From NCBI GenBank assembly GCA_002011035.2, contig MTLY02000002.1, forward strand, positions 64,001 through 128,000: a stretch of 64,000 nt of DNA. Reading direction: 5' to 3'. This document shows positions 20,158-29,323 of this stretch, in pieces; the first letter of the stretch is position 1, and every line of letters starts with the position of its first letter. The translations under genes and the position numbers were made by a program. The notes under the pieces are model-generated. The model ran no database searches. It worked only from the letters and a program-made list of their open reading frames with translations, and was not told the origin of the DNA. The DNA comes from Candidatus Hecatella orcuttiae. Lineage in GTDB: Archaea > Thermoproteota > Bathyarchaeia > Hecatellales > Hecatellaceae.

Positions 20158-20841
20158 TTATATTTTCGGGAGAATCTTTGAGTATTTCTCCATCCTCATT
20201 TTCCTTCCTTCAGGCTGAATGAGCCAAGTCATCCAGCAGAGTTCGATGGGTCTATACCCACAAGTCAGAGCAAGCTCCTCAGCTTTTTTCACAAACTCGA
20301 GGTCGTCGTTCACAGGCTCTAAGCCGGCTTTCACCATGATCTCGTTCACCACTCTTTTGACTATTTTATCAGGCATCACCGTGTCCACACCGCCCATCAT
20401 CCTAAGATACTGAAATGTATTCACACCTACACCTTTGATCCTTCCAACGGGGTCCTCCCTCCATTTTTGGAGGTCGGCGCTTCTAGCCCAAGTCCTGAGG
20501 GCTTCCCTATCATCGCCCAGCGCTGAAAGGTGGGAAGCTATGGCCTTGGCCATAGCCCATGAGCGCCTGTTTCGCCACACTGCCTTCAGTTCCTCCACGT
20601 TCGCCTCAGATAGATCTTTGAGGTTTTTTATTTTACCACTTTCCACAAACTTCTCGCGGAACTCCTCCACCTTCGGAACAACGGCGGTGAAGTAGTTTAG
20701 ACCGATGGAGGTGAACGCGGCGTCCACCACCATCAAAACCACGCTTCCACCCCACCTCTCTGTTCTGAGACATCTACTGCAATGCTCCTTTATCCCGGAA
20801 ACTTTTTGCATGTAACCGTCAACAATTCTCTTCAGCAACAT
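20158..20841 (-). CDS. Hypothetical protein with a helix-hairpin-helix motif (HhH-GPD-like)
   Basis: IKGVGVNTFQYLRM.GG.DTVMPD. Confidence 0.6.
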   Translation of the reverse strand: MLLKRIVDGYMQKVSGIKEHCSRCLRTERWGGSVVLMVVDAAFTSIGLNYFTAVVPKVEEFREKFVESGKIKNLKDLSEANVEELKAVWRNRRSWAMAKAIASHLSALGDDREALRTWARSADLQKWREDPVGRIKGVGVNTFQYLRMMGGVDTVMPDKIVKRVVNEIMVKAGLEPVNDDLEFVKKAEELALTCGYRPIELCWMTWLIQPEGRKMRMEKYSKILPKI

Positions 20842-21000
20842 CGGGCACTCCTCGGACGAGAAAACCGTCTACTATGAGGGAGATATTTCTCCATTTTAAG
20901 TTGAAAAATTATATTTAAAACCTACAGCCGACAGTTACGAACGCATTTCATGGTGTGGGGGCTCGGGAAGCATTTGGAAGCCAGCTTGATACTTAGCTTA

Positions 21001-21774
21001 TTAGCTTACTCTCCTCCCACCCCATTCCTGCCTGTAATGGCACTCATAGCAGTTTTCACCGAATCTTTCCGCCCATTCCTCATGGCAATTGATACACACA
21101 TCAACACGGGGTTTTATCTTCTCAAAGCCGCCTTCAGTGTGGCAAAGATCACAGTCGATTTTAGAGTGAGGCGTTTCTGTGTGGAGATACGTGATCACAT
21201 GACATCGGTCACATTCGGCGAAGTTTAAGTTGCCATATTCATCAGGCAAATGCCCTATAGGTGAACCCCAATCTTCCCGAGGATGGCATTTGTAACAATT
21301 GGTGTCCATCATGTATTCTGGAAGATCCTCATGGCAGTGTATGCAAACATCCACGGTAGGCACCTCGATTCCAGGTCCATGCATACCATGGCATTGTCTG
21401 CAGGCGATCTCCGAATGAGCCTTAACCTCGTGAAGACTGTTTCGGAGATGACATTCTTCGCAGATGGCTGATATCTGAGGATTGGTAAAGTTTATGAGAA
21501 CAGGAACCTCGTATATGCCTAGAACATATCTTCCTACCATGATCACCGACTGGGGTCCGCTTTCATGGCACAGATGACACTCGACGAAACTTTGTCCGTG
21601 AACTGATATCTCCCAGTCCTGAACAAAAGGCTCCATTATATGACATGCGCTGCAGTAGCGTGGATTTGAGATGATGCCGGTCCCTATCTGGTAAGTTAAA
21701 ACCGTAAAAGTGAGAAAGCTGAAAACTAGAATCATAACTAGGGCAGTGATCCCTATTTTCGCCACTCGACGCAA
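21001..21774 (-). CDS. Membrane-anchored decaheme c-type cytochrome, NapC/NrfH-like N-terminus
   Basis: N-terminal TM; 10 CxxCH; first site CSACHIM followed by W..S.H. Confidence 0.88.
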   Translation of the reverse strand: MRRVAKIGITALVMILVFSFLTFTVLTYQIGTGIISNPRYCSACHIMEPFVQDWEISVHGQSFVECHLCHESGPQSVIMVGRYVLGIYEVPVLINFTNPQISAICEECHLRNSLHEVKAHSEIACRQCHGMHGPGIEVPTVDVCIHCHEDLPEYMMDTNCYKCHPREDWGSPIGHLPDEYGNLNFAECDRCHVITYLHTETPHSKIDCDLCHTEGGFEKIKPRVDVCINCHEEWAERFGENCYECHYRQEWGGRRVS

Positions 21775-21787
21775 TTGAACCCCCCGG

Positions 21788-22495
21788 TTACAATTTCTTC
21801 AATACTGTTGTGCAACATCTATCTCCGTCGATAATGCAGTCTTCGAGTTTTACGTCATAGTTTCCAAGGCATCTACTAATGGATCGAAAATAGGCAGCGT
21901 GACCTTCGCAGAGGGTCTTGGGGCTGAGCTTCGAGATTTCGTAGAAGATGCAGTTGAAAATTTTTATCACCAAGTCCCCCTCAGGCGTTCTAGTTATCGA
22001 AGGATAACAACCCATTTTTTCCAGTTCGCTGAGCACATGAGTGCAGAATTTCTCCTCGTTCCATTGCTGAATTCGATGCTGAAGGCTAAGGTTTCTCATC
22101 ATGTTCTCCCCCATTTTTTCTCCAATCTCCCGGAGGAGAGTCGCTGCATATTTTTCACCTTTCTTATCAATAAGACTTTCCAGCAATAATTGAGCCAGCA
22201 GTTGGTACTGACGCTGGGGGAAACCTAGATTCATATATCTGTTTGCAATTTTATAATACTGTTTGGGTCTGCCTGGGCTGCCTCTTTCCTCCAAAAAGGA
22301 CTCTACTAAACCTGCGTTTTCCAAGATTCTCATATGGTGGCGGAGGGTTATGGTTTTGAGGTTAGTCTTTCTCGAAAGTTCATCCAAGTCTAAAGGTCCA
22401 CAAGTTACAAGAAGGTCTAATATAAATCTTCTAGGTTTGATGGAAAGAGCCTTATAGGCTTCTTCGTCTTTCAGGTTTGAATTTGTTGAGAACAA
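21788..22495 (-). CDS. ArsR-type wHTH regulator with Cys-containing C-terminal sensor domain
   Basis: TLRHHMRILENAGLV, GSPGRP..YY, P.RQYQLLA, NC..., LC, C..DGDRCC. Confidence 0.8.
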   Translation of the reverse strand: MFSTNSNLKDEEAYKALSIKPRRFILDLLVTCGPLDLDELSRKTNLKTITLRHHMRILENAGLVESFLEERGSPGRPKQYYKIANRYMNLGFPQRQYQLLAQLLLESLIDKKGEKYAATLLREIGEKMGENMMRNLSLQHRIQQWNEEKFCTHVLSELEKMGCYPSITRTPEGDLVIKIFNCIFYEISKLSPKTLCEGHAAYFRSISRCLGNYDVKLEDCIIDGDRCCTTVLKKL

Positions 22496-22755
22496 ATACT
22501 CACAACATATTCTATTGAAGCCTGCTTCTTTTATTTTTTTCTCTTTAATTATATATATGGATAATATAATATTTATTTAAATTACAAATGAAAGAAAAAT
22601 AATTATTAAGCGGAAATATCAAGTTCACCTCGAGCTTAACTCCCGTGCCTCAGAGGATACGGTAGGTTTAAGTTGTTTTCGAAGATAGCAATAGAATATA
22701 TCAACACATGAGTTGAGAACAAAATCTTTAGAGACTAAGGGAACAGTGTTTTCCA

Positions 22756-23475
22756 TTGAAAGAACACACACCAGTTGTTATCGAGCACCTCGCCAAGCGC
22801 TACGGCTTTAGATATGCGCTCCTAGATGTTACGTTGAGCGTGGGCCGGGGAGAAGTTTTTGGCCTCCTCGGTCCCAACGGCGCAGGCAAAAGCACACTTT
22901 TGAAAGTGCTTGCCACACTGGTGTCTCCATCCGGCGGCTCTGTACTAATAGACGGCCTCAGCTTGAAGGATAGGAAGGTGGAACTCCGGAGGAGGATAGG
23001 CTACCTAGGCCACGAGCCTCTTCTTTACAGGGACCTAACAGGTGAGGAGAATTTGAAGTTCTACTATAAGTTCTACCATTCTTCGCCTCCAGAGTACGTT
23101 CAGGAAAAATTGGATGAGGTATTTGAGCTTTTGAGGATAGGGGGCTGGCGGCATGAACCTGTCAGAAACCTTTCCAGAGGATTTAAGAAGAGGTTCGACT
23201 TTGCCAGAGCCATCATTCATGATCCTGAACTTCTGCTTTTCGACGAACCTTTTTCAGGCCTTGACATGGAAAGCCTAGAGGTCGCCCGTGAATTTGTGCG
23301 AAGCATGGAAGGGGAAAAGACTATCATCATCTCCACCCATAACATCGAAGAAGCCAAGGAGCTTTGCAACAAGGCAGCACTCCTAGCAAAAGGGCGACTT
23401 ATCCGCTTGTTGGAGGCCGGCGATATAGACGAGGTAAGCCTCAAAGACGCCTTTAAGGGAGGAGCCGCCCGTTGA
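22756..23475 (+). CDS. ccmA: Heme ABC exporter ATPase CcmA
   Basis: GPNGAGKST, GYLGHEPLLY.DLT.EENL, LLLFDEPF; within the ccm cluster. Confidence 0.88.
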   Translation: MKEHTPVVIEHLAKRYGFRYALLDVTLSVGRGEVFGLLGPNGAGKSTLLKVLATLVSPSGGSVLIDGLSLKDRKVELRRRIGYLGHEPLLYRDLTGEENLKFYYKFYHSSPPEYVQEKLDEVFELLRIGGWRHEPVRNLSRGFKKRFDFARAIIHDPELLLFDEPFSGLDMESLEVAREFVRSMEGEKTIIISTHNIEEAKELCNKAALLAKGRLIRLLEAGDIDEVSLKDAFKGGAAR

Positions 23476-24164
23476 CAAGCCAAACTCTCCATGAGTTAAA
23501 ATGCGCCATCTACGTTGCATCCAAGGATCTTCTGGCTGAGTTGAGGAGGAAGTATGAAGTTTTTTCCATGCTCACTTTTGCCCTGATCTCTATCATAATA
23601 TTCAACTTCGCCTTCGGGATTTTCTCTGCCGCAGTGCACCAAGCGGTTCCCGCCATAATATGGATAATAATTTTGTTCGCAGGAATGTTCGGTTTTTCCA
23701 CGGTGTTCACGCGGGAAAGCGATCAAGGCACGCTCGACGGCTTGAGAATGCTTCCCATCTCCTCCCAGTCCATATTCTTGGGGAAAGTGGTCTACGGCTT
23801 CCTTCTGATGGGAGTCATCGAGGTGATTTTTGTTCCTTTGAGTATGGTGCTTTACAGCTACACCTTCACTTCCAGTTTCCTATTAACAGGATTGGTTTTC
23901 GTCCTAGGAACGTTGGACCTCGCTGTTGTGGGAGCTTTGGTCTCGGGTTTGACGATGTATACGGAGTCAAGGGCTCTGCTGATTCCTCTGTTGATGTTTC
24001 CGCTGGTGCTGCCGGTAGTTATCCCCCTCGTCATTCTGACCCAGAAACTCATCCTTGGAGTAGAGTTCTATTCTGTGCTGCCTGAGCTGAGGATGGTGGC
24101 TCTCACTTTGGCGGCGCTGGCAGCCGCCGCTCTCCTGCTTTTCGACTATGTCCTCCAAGATTGA
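23472..24164 (+). CDS. ccmB: Heme exporter permease CcmB
   Basis: KDL.AE.R, F.RE.D.GTL.GL, IFLGK, L.PLL.FPL..P. Confidence 0.88.
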   Translation: MTSQTLHELKCAIYVASKDLLAELRRKYEVFSMLTFALISIIIFNFAFGIFSAAVHQAVPAIIWIIILFAGMFGFSTVFTRESDQGTLDGLRMLPISSQSIFLGKVVYGFLLMGVIEVIFVPLSMVLYSYTFTSSFLLTGLVFVLGTLDLAVVGALVSGLTMYTESRALLIPLLMFPLVLPVVIPLVILTQKLILGVEFYSVLPELRMVALTLAALAAAALLLFDYVLQD

Positions 24165-24204
24165 AGCTGAAAGTTTCCACTGGAGAGACAGTTGGCGAGA
24201 CGGT

Positions 24205-24339
24205 TTATTCCCCTTGCTCTTTCAGAGTGTGTAAGACCTTTCTGAGAGATGAAACTTTGCGGTCTAACCATAAGACATACAGGAAGATAACACCCCAGAA
24301 GATCATGGACATCGTCAGTAAGGTTTCTAAAAGCCCCAT
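24205..24339 (-). CDS. ccmD: CcmD-like small membrane protein (44 aa)
   Basis: MGLLETLLTMSMIFWGVIFLYVLWLDRKVSSLRK...; starts 2 nt after the ccmC stop; single TM plus charged tail. Confidence 0.65.
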   Translation of the reverse strand: MGLLETLLTMSMIFWGVIFLYVLWLDRKVSSLRKVLHTLKEQGE

Positions 24340-24341
24340 TT

Positions 24342-25037
24342 TCACACCTCCTTTCCATATTTTACGGCCTCTGTTCTCTCCTCCATCCGAAGCAAGTCTA
24401 GGGTGATCCGGAAAAGCAAAACGTAGATCAACGTGACCGCAGCGAGGGCCACCATCAATGTGGCAACCATCGACCCTGTTATGAGTAAGCCCGTTGGTTT
24501 TATGACCACGGGGTGAAGCGTAAACCAGAGATGAACCGATAGATAGCTTAATGGCACAGTTATGAAGGCTACGATCCCCAACACAGCCGAAAGCCTCGCC
24601 CGCTTCTCCCTGTCTTCCACGGCCAGCCGAAAGGAAAGGTAAGCAACATAGACCAGCCAGAGGATAAGAGTGGTCGTCTCCCGTGGGTCCCAGTGCCAGT
24701 AGACCCCCCAAGCTGAACCAGCCCATAGAGACCCAAGTATCAAGGCCAGCCCACAGAAGACAACCCCCAACCTAGCTGAGGCGTCGGCGCAGAGGTCCCA
24801 GCCGCTTCGCCCGGTGCGCAGAAACATGAGACTTCCAACAAACGTAACCCCGAAGGCTAGGTAAGAAACCCACGCTGCTGGAACGTGAAGATAGAAAACT
24901 CTATAGAGCTCCCCCAACGTAGCCTCTGGAGGTGCGTAAAAATATGTGAGATAAATAGATAAAGCATTGAAGATAAAAACTAGGGGAAGGAATCCGTAGC
25001 GCCACAGAGCTTGACGGCGTTCTGAAACCACAACCAC
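24342..25037 (-). CDS. ccmC: Heme exporter/chaperone loader CcmC
   Basis: YLHVPAAW, GSLWAGSAWGVYWHWDPRETT (WWD domain), TLHP. Confidence 0.93.
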   Translation of the reverse strand: MVVVSERRQALWRYGFLPLVFIFNALSIYLTYFYAPPEATLGELYRVFYLHVPAAWVSYLAFGVTFVGSLMFLRTGRSGWDLCADASARLGVVFCGLALILGSLWAGSAWGVYWHWDPRETTTLILWLVYVAYLSFRLAVEDREKRARLSAVLGIVAFITVPLSYLSVHLWFTLHPVVIKPTGLLITGSMVATLMVALAAVTLIYVLLFRITLDLLRMEERTEAVKYGKEV

Positions 25038-25039
25038 TT

Positions 25040-26275
25040 TTATCCACTCCTCTTCTTCTGAGAATTATCTTCCTTTCCTCTCTTCAGTTTATTCAATTTT
25101 TTCTGAGCCTCCGTCTTACGGCTCTCATATCTGCGTATAAGCTGGACGTATACTTCTGGGGAGATAACTCCTAGCCTATAGTCAGACTCCAATCTACGGA
25201 GAGTAGCCTCGGAAGCCTGTAGCTCTCCTTCCAGTTGCATGATAGTTGAAACAGCCGATTTTACTCCCCCCTTTTTCCTTAGCATATTCAGATAAAGGGC
25301 AGCCACGCCTATAATAGCGATGACTCCCGACATCCAGAGAACAGAGTTGGCGATAAATCGAAGCTGAGATAAACCTGAAACCTTGACGATTATCTGGGAG
25401 CCGGCTTCCATCTTAGAGCCTAAAAGTGCTTGGTATACCTTGCCGTTCAACGTAGTTTCACCAGCGTTCTCCAACCCCTCCGCTTCCACTTCCACGCCCG
25501 GCTTCTTCTCCACCAGCACGTGGACTAGTTGGGTGGGATAGACTAGCTGTTTGGTGAAGACGCGCTCAGAGCGTTGGAGAGGGAGCTCGTATTCCACCCA
25601 TAACCTGTACTGACTGCCGGGATAAAGAGGTCCCATGGGGTCGAAGGTTACGGAGTCTTCGGAAGGAAACAGACAACAGTCCATCACGGGAGAGGTGAAG
25701 TTGTAGCGATCTGGGGGAACGTTTAGTCGTAGAGTACTGTTGGCGAAGACCAGCTCGCCCACGTTTTGGTAGACGAGAAGCTCGTAGACTCCTAAACGTT
25801 TCTCAAGGGGAGTTAGCAGTATGTAGTGGACGAGCACCCCAATGTCTTCGTCGCTGGATGTAACTTCGTAGACTATAAAGTCAGCCTGCACTGGCTCTTG
25901 GCCGTCTAACTTCACCATCTGAAAGTAGGGAACACCTTGATAAACAACCTCGATAACGAAAGTTTTGTTTACTGGCAAGGTTTCGAATTTATATTCACCC
26001 TCCCTGCCGGTAACCGTATCCGCAACGGTGATGAACTCGTCTCCGCGCAACTCTTTGAGTGAAACCTTTAAACCGGGAAGCGGGCCTGCTGAAGATGTTA
26101 CTTTCCCGACGATTACGCCGCTTTCCTCAGCGCCTTTTGCAACCTTTATGCCACTAAGACCGACGGCCATGATGGAGACCAGAAAAATAACCACTAACAA
26201 CTTGCTTAACCTGTTTGATGAGGAAACCGATCCCCAGAGACAAAGAGATGCCACCAAATCGTTTGTGAGACTCAT
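25040..26275 (-). CDS. Membrane-anchored beta-sandwich (carboxypeptidase-regulatory-like) protein with a CcmI-like C-terminal coiled coil
   Basis: Signal/TM, T...GEYKF..LP, Y.GVPY, second TM, LRRLESDYRLG.IS.E.Y..L..RY; inside the ccm operon. Confidence 0.65.
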   Translation of the reverse strand: MSLTNDLVASLCLWGSVSSSNRLSKLLVVIFLVSIMAVGLSGIKVAKGAEESGVIVGKVTSSAGPLPGLKVSLKELRGDEFITVADTVTGREGEYKFETLPVNKTFVIEVVYQGVPYFQMVKLDGQEPVQADFIVYEVTSSDEDIGVLVHYILLTPLEKRLGVYELLVYQNVGELVFANSTLRLNVPPDRYNFTSPVMDCCLFPSEDSVTFDPMGPLYPGSQYRLWVEYELPLQRSERVFTKQLVYPTQLVHVLVEKKPGVEVEAEGLENAGETTLNGKVYQALLGSKMEAGSQIIVKVSGLSQLRFIANSVLWMSGVIAIIGVAALYLNMLRKKGGVKSAVSTIMQLEGELQASEATLRRLESDYRLGVISPEVYVQLIRRYESRKTEAQKKLNKLKRGKEDNSQKKRSG

Positions 26276-26775
26276 TTTTTCGCAACTCTTTCCCTAAACT
26301 TTTGGTATTCTTTCTCAAATATCTCATCGTACTTTGCCATGGCCGTCAGTAATTCCTCACTCTCATATTCTTCTTCCTCCAACTCCACATCGGAAGGTTT
26401 TCTATATGCTAAACGGTAAATTATGGCGGTTCCGCCGACAGCAGCTGCGATGGGAAGCACCCACAGCATTAGTTCTAAGCCGCTTTTCTGCGGGGTTGCC
26501 AGTATATTTTCCCCGTATATCATTTGAAGCTCGAAGATTATTTCCTCCTTCGTTTTCCCTTGACTTATCATCTGCTCTATCTGAGTACGCACCTTATAGG
26601 CGGTTTCACATTCACAGTCCGATAGAAGCATGGTACAGCCGCAGGGACACCATACACTGCGGGAAACCTCCTCCACTGTCGTTTTTACCTCTGAGGCTTG
26701 AACCGAGATCGGAAGCAACAGCAACCCGAATATGAAGACAAAGACTGCTATTTTTCTGGCGTTTTTCATCTTCAT
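26272..26775 (-). CDS. ccmH: Cytochrome c biogenesis protein CcmH/CycL
   Basis: CPCGC...C.C, GKTKEEII....YGENILATP, LWVLP; ATGA overlap with ccmF. Confidence 0.82.
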   Translation of the reverse strand: MKMKNARKIAVFVFIFGLLLLPISVQASEVKTTVEEVSRSVWCPCGCTMLLSDCECETAYKVRTQIEQMISQGKTKEEIIFELQMIYGENILATPQKSGLELMLWVLPIAAAVGGTAIIYRLAYRKPSDVELEEEEYESEELLTAMAKYDEIFEKEYQKFRERVAKK

Positions 26776-28739
26776 CGACCATTTCCCTTCAGGTCTTGGT
26801 TTTTCAGCACTGCTTTCTCGGAGCTGGTCATAGCAAATACTGTTGAAGCAAGCATCAGAAAAGCCCCGATCCATATGAGGTTCACAAATGGGAGTATTTT
26901 GACTTTAAAGGTGGCGTTATCCTCCCACACTTCTAAGGGGATAACGTAGAGATCCTTCAAGCCTACGGTATGGATGTGCACGCGTGTTATATATTGCTCC
27001 ATTTTTTCATAATATTCTATGGAAGGTGTTGCTTCATGTATCACCCGACCGTCTTTTAAAACTAGAAGAGAAACAGTGAAAACAGCCCGGTCGGCTTTCT
27101 CGCTCACTTTAACACCTTCGAAGGATAATGTGTACCCTTCTATGCTGTAGGTCTCTCCCCGACTGAGAGTAAACATACGCGAACTGTCATACACTGAGGA
27201 GGCTGTTATACCGACGAGTATGATTACGATGGAAATATGGACAAGGTATCCTCCGTAACGCCTTCGATTTTTCTGGACAGCACGCCAAAGATTTCTCACA
27301 TAACCGAAACCCTTGGTTTTACCCTCTGCCTTAATTCCCCTCCAAAACTCCAGCCCGTGAGAGGCTACCACGAATACGCATATAAACACCATAAGTAAAC
27401 CTACAAAATCCCGAATGCCGAGAAGAGGCGAGATAATCAAGCCTACCATGGATGCTACAATCGGCCAAGTGAAACTTCTTTTGAGACTGGCTATGTTTGC
27501 CCTCCTCCAAGCTATGGAGGGACATATCCCCATAAGGAAAATGAGGACCAAGCCTAAAGGCACAGTAACCTCATTGTAATATTCGGCTCCTATGGTCACT
27601 TGGAAACCTCGGAGGGCTTGGGAAATGAGGGGGAAAGTGGTTCCCACCAATATTACGACGGTTAAGACGACGAATAGGAGGTTGTTGAAGAGAAAGCTGA
27701 CTTCTTTTGAAAGAGACGCCTCAAAGATATTTCTGCTCCTGTAAACCTCATACTTGCTAACAAACAATCCCAGCGATGCAATTAGAGTGAGAACAATGAA
27801 AGTTGAGAAAAAGATCCCAATAGGCGACTCAGCGAAAGAATGAACCGAGGAGAGAATACCGCTTCTCGTCAAGAATGTTGCGTATATCACTAATATGAAG
27901 GTGAATGTTATAAGCAGAAAGTTCCATCTTTTCATGCCTCTTCTCTTTTCTTGTATCATAACCGAGTGGAGAAAAGCTGTGCCTACAAGCCAGGGCATCA
28001 AGGAAGCGTTTTCCACAGGATCCCAAGCCCAGTAGCCTCCCCAACCCAAAACACGATAAGCCCACCAGCCTCCTAAGACGATGCCTACACTCAAGAAAAT
28101 CCAAGCAGATAACGCCCATTTCCTAGAACGGTATATCCAGTGCTCATTTCCGGTTGCCAACCCTGCCATAGCATAGGCGAAGGGAATGGTGAAACCTGCA
28201 TAGCCTATGAGCAAAGTAGGCGGGTGGAAAATCATTCCAGGACTCCGAAGCAGAGGATTAAGGCCTAAGCCATCTACAGGCTTAAAGGAAAGCCTCTGAA
28301 AAGGGTTCGCCGCAAACATCAACGTAAATAGGAAAAAGAGCAGAGTTGCTGCTAGCGTGAGGGATTTGTAAATTGCGAATTCATCGTTTTTCTTATCCAC
28401 AAAAAGGGTTACCGCTGTGAACAGGGAAAGCGCCCAAGCCCACAGAAGAAGTGAACCCTCCTGTCCAGCCCAGAAGGCTGAGAGCGTGTATACCAAAGGC
28501 AGAGCTCTATTGGTGTGAGAAGCCACATACATGCTCTGGAAATCGCGAGTTACAAGTAAATAGAATAACCACAAGGCGGCTATGGTGATGAACACGCTGG
28601 CTAAGAGCAGAGCTCCCCTTCCAAACCTGATTAAACCCGGATGATTTTTTTTCAGGGATACACTAAACAGAATAATAGCGCAGAAGGTTGACAGGAAAGC
28701 CGATATCAGGCTTACGTATCCTATCATCCCTTTGCACAT
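26772..28739 (-). CDS. ccmF: Heme lyase CcmF
   Basis: WAGQEGSLLLW, GLNPLL, HPP, WGGYWAWDPVENASL, TRSG.L.SVHSF. Confidence 0.96.
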   Translation of the reverse strand: MCKGMIGYVSLISAFLSTFCAIILFSVSLKKNHPGLIRFGRGALLLASVFITIAALWLFYLLVTRDFQSMYVASHTNRALPLVYTLSAFWAGQEGSLLLWAWALSLFTAVTLFVDKKNDEFAIYKSLTLAATLLFFLFTLMFAANPFQRLSFKPVDGLGLNPLLRSPGMIFHPPTLLIGYAGFTIPFAYAMAGLATGNEHWIYRSRKWALSAWIFLSVGIVLGGWWAYRVLGWGGYWAWDPVENASLMPWLVGTAFLHSVMIQEKRRGMKRWNFLLITFTFILVIYATFLTRSGILSSVHSFAESPIGIFFSTFIVLTLIASLGLFVSKYEVYRSRNIFEASLSKEVSFLFNNLLFVVLTVVILVGTTFPLISQALRGFQVTIGAEYYNEVTVPLGLVLIFLMGICPSIAWRRANIASLKRSFTWPIVASMVGLIISPLLGIRDFVGLLMVFICVFVVASHGLEFWRGIKAEGKTKGFGYVRNLWRAVQKNRRRYGGYLVHISIVIILVGITASSVYDSSRMFTLSRGETYSIEGYTLSFEGVKVSEKADRAVFTVSLLVLKDGRVIHEATPSIEYYEKMEQYITRVHIHTVGLKDLYVIPLEVWEDNATFKVKILPFVNLIWIGAFLMLASTVFAMTSSEKAVLKNQDLKGNGR

Positions 28740-28751
28740 CCATCTACTAGC

Positions 28752-29141
28752 TTATTCCGAGGCCTCCGGAAGTTCTTCATATTTAGAAGGACACTTAACC
28801 AGCACTTTCTCAGCTTGGAGAACTGAATCTTGAAGGGTGCCGATCACCACAACTTCATTACCTTCTTGAAATCCTGAAGGATAAACTCCGAAATAGGTTA
28901 CCTCGATGGATGAGCGGTTGTCTGCAAGGATAAAAGTAAGAGTAGCTCCTACCCTCTCCACAGAGCCCTCCTTCACTATTCCTGTTACCTGAACCTGCCG
29001 CCCGTAATATTCGCTAGGCTTCTCCATCAGTTCAGAAACAGGGGTATAGGGTGTGATAGAACTTGTAAGCTGCTCATAAACTACGTAGCTACCTATTACC
29101 GCCAAGATAAGACAAAGCGCCACTATCCTCCGGGTCCTCAA
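28752..29141 (-). CDS. ccmE: Heme chaperone CcmE (CxxxY variant)
   Basis: N-terminal TM, OB fold, KCPSKY. Confidence 0.92.
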   Translation of the reverse strand: MRTRRIVALCLILAVIGSYVVYEQLTSSITPYTPVSELMEKPSEYYGRQVQVTGIVKEGSVERVGATLTFILADNRSSIEVTYFGVYPSGFQEGNEVVVIGTLQDSVLQAEKVLVKCPSKYEELPEASE

Positions 29142-29323
29142 GCTCGATACCCTACTTGTTTTAACATCGATATAATAGATATGAAAGTTCTTTTATAAAT
29201 ATTTAATAATCATATTTATTAAAATTTTTAATAATATTATTTATATATATATGTGCATAGAAAATTTTTTATCTTAATATTTAATAGTTATTAATTAAAT
29301 TAATTTAAAATCGAAGAAGAACC

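Noticed and set aside
20951-20985. Possible degenerate tRNA 3' end / att site at the left island border (reverse strand ends ...CACACCA)
   Set aside because: No real match to the tRNA-Arg 3' end and no proper T-arm
24205-24726. 173-aa ORF as listed in the track
   Set aside because: Mostly an alternative frame of ccmC; only the last 44 codons form a plausible CcmD-like gene
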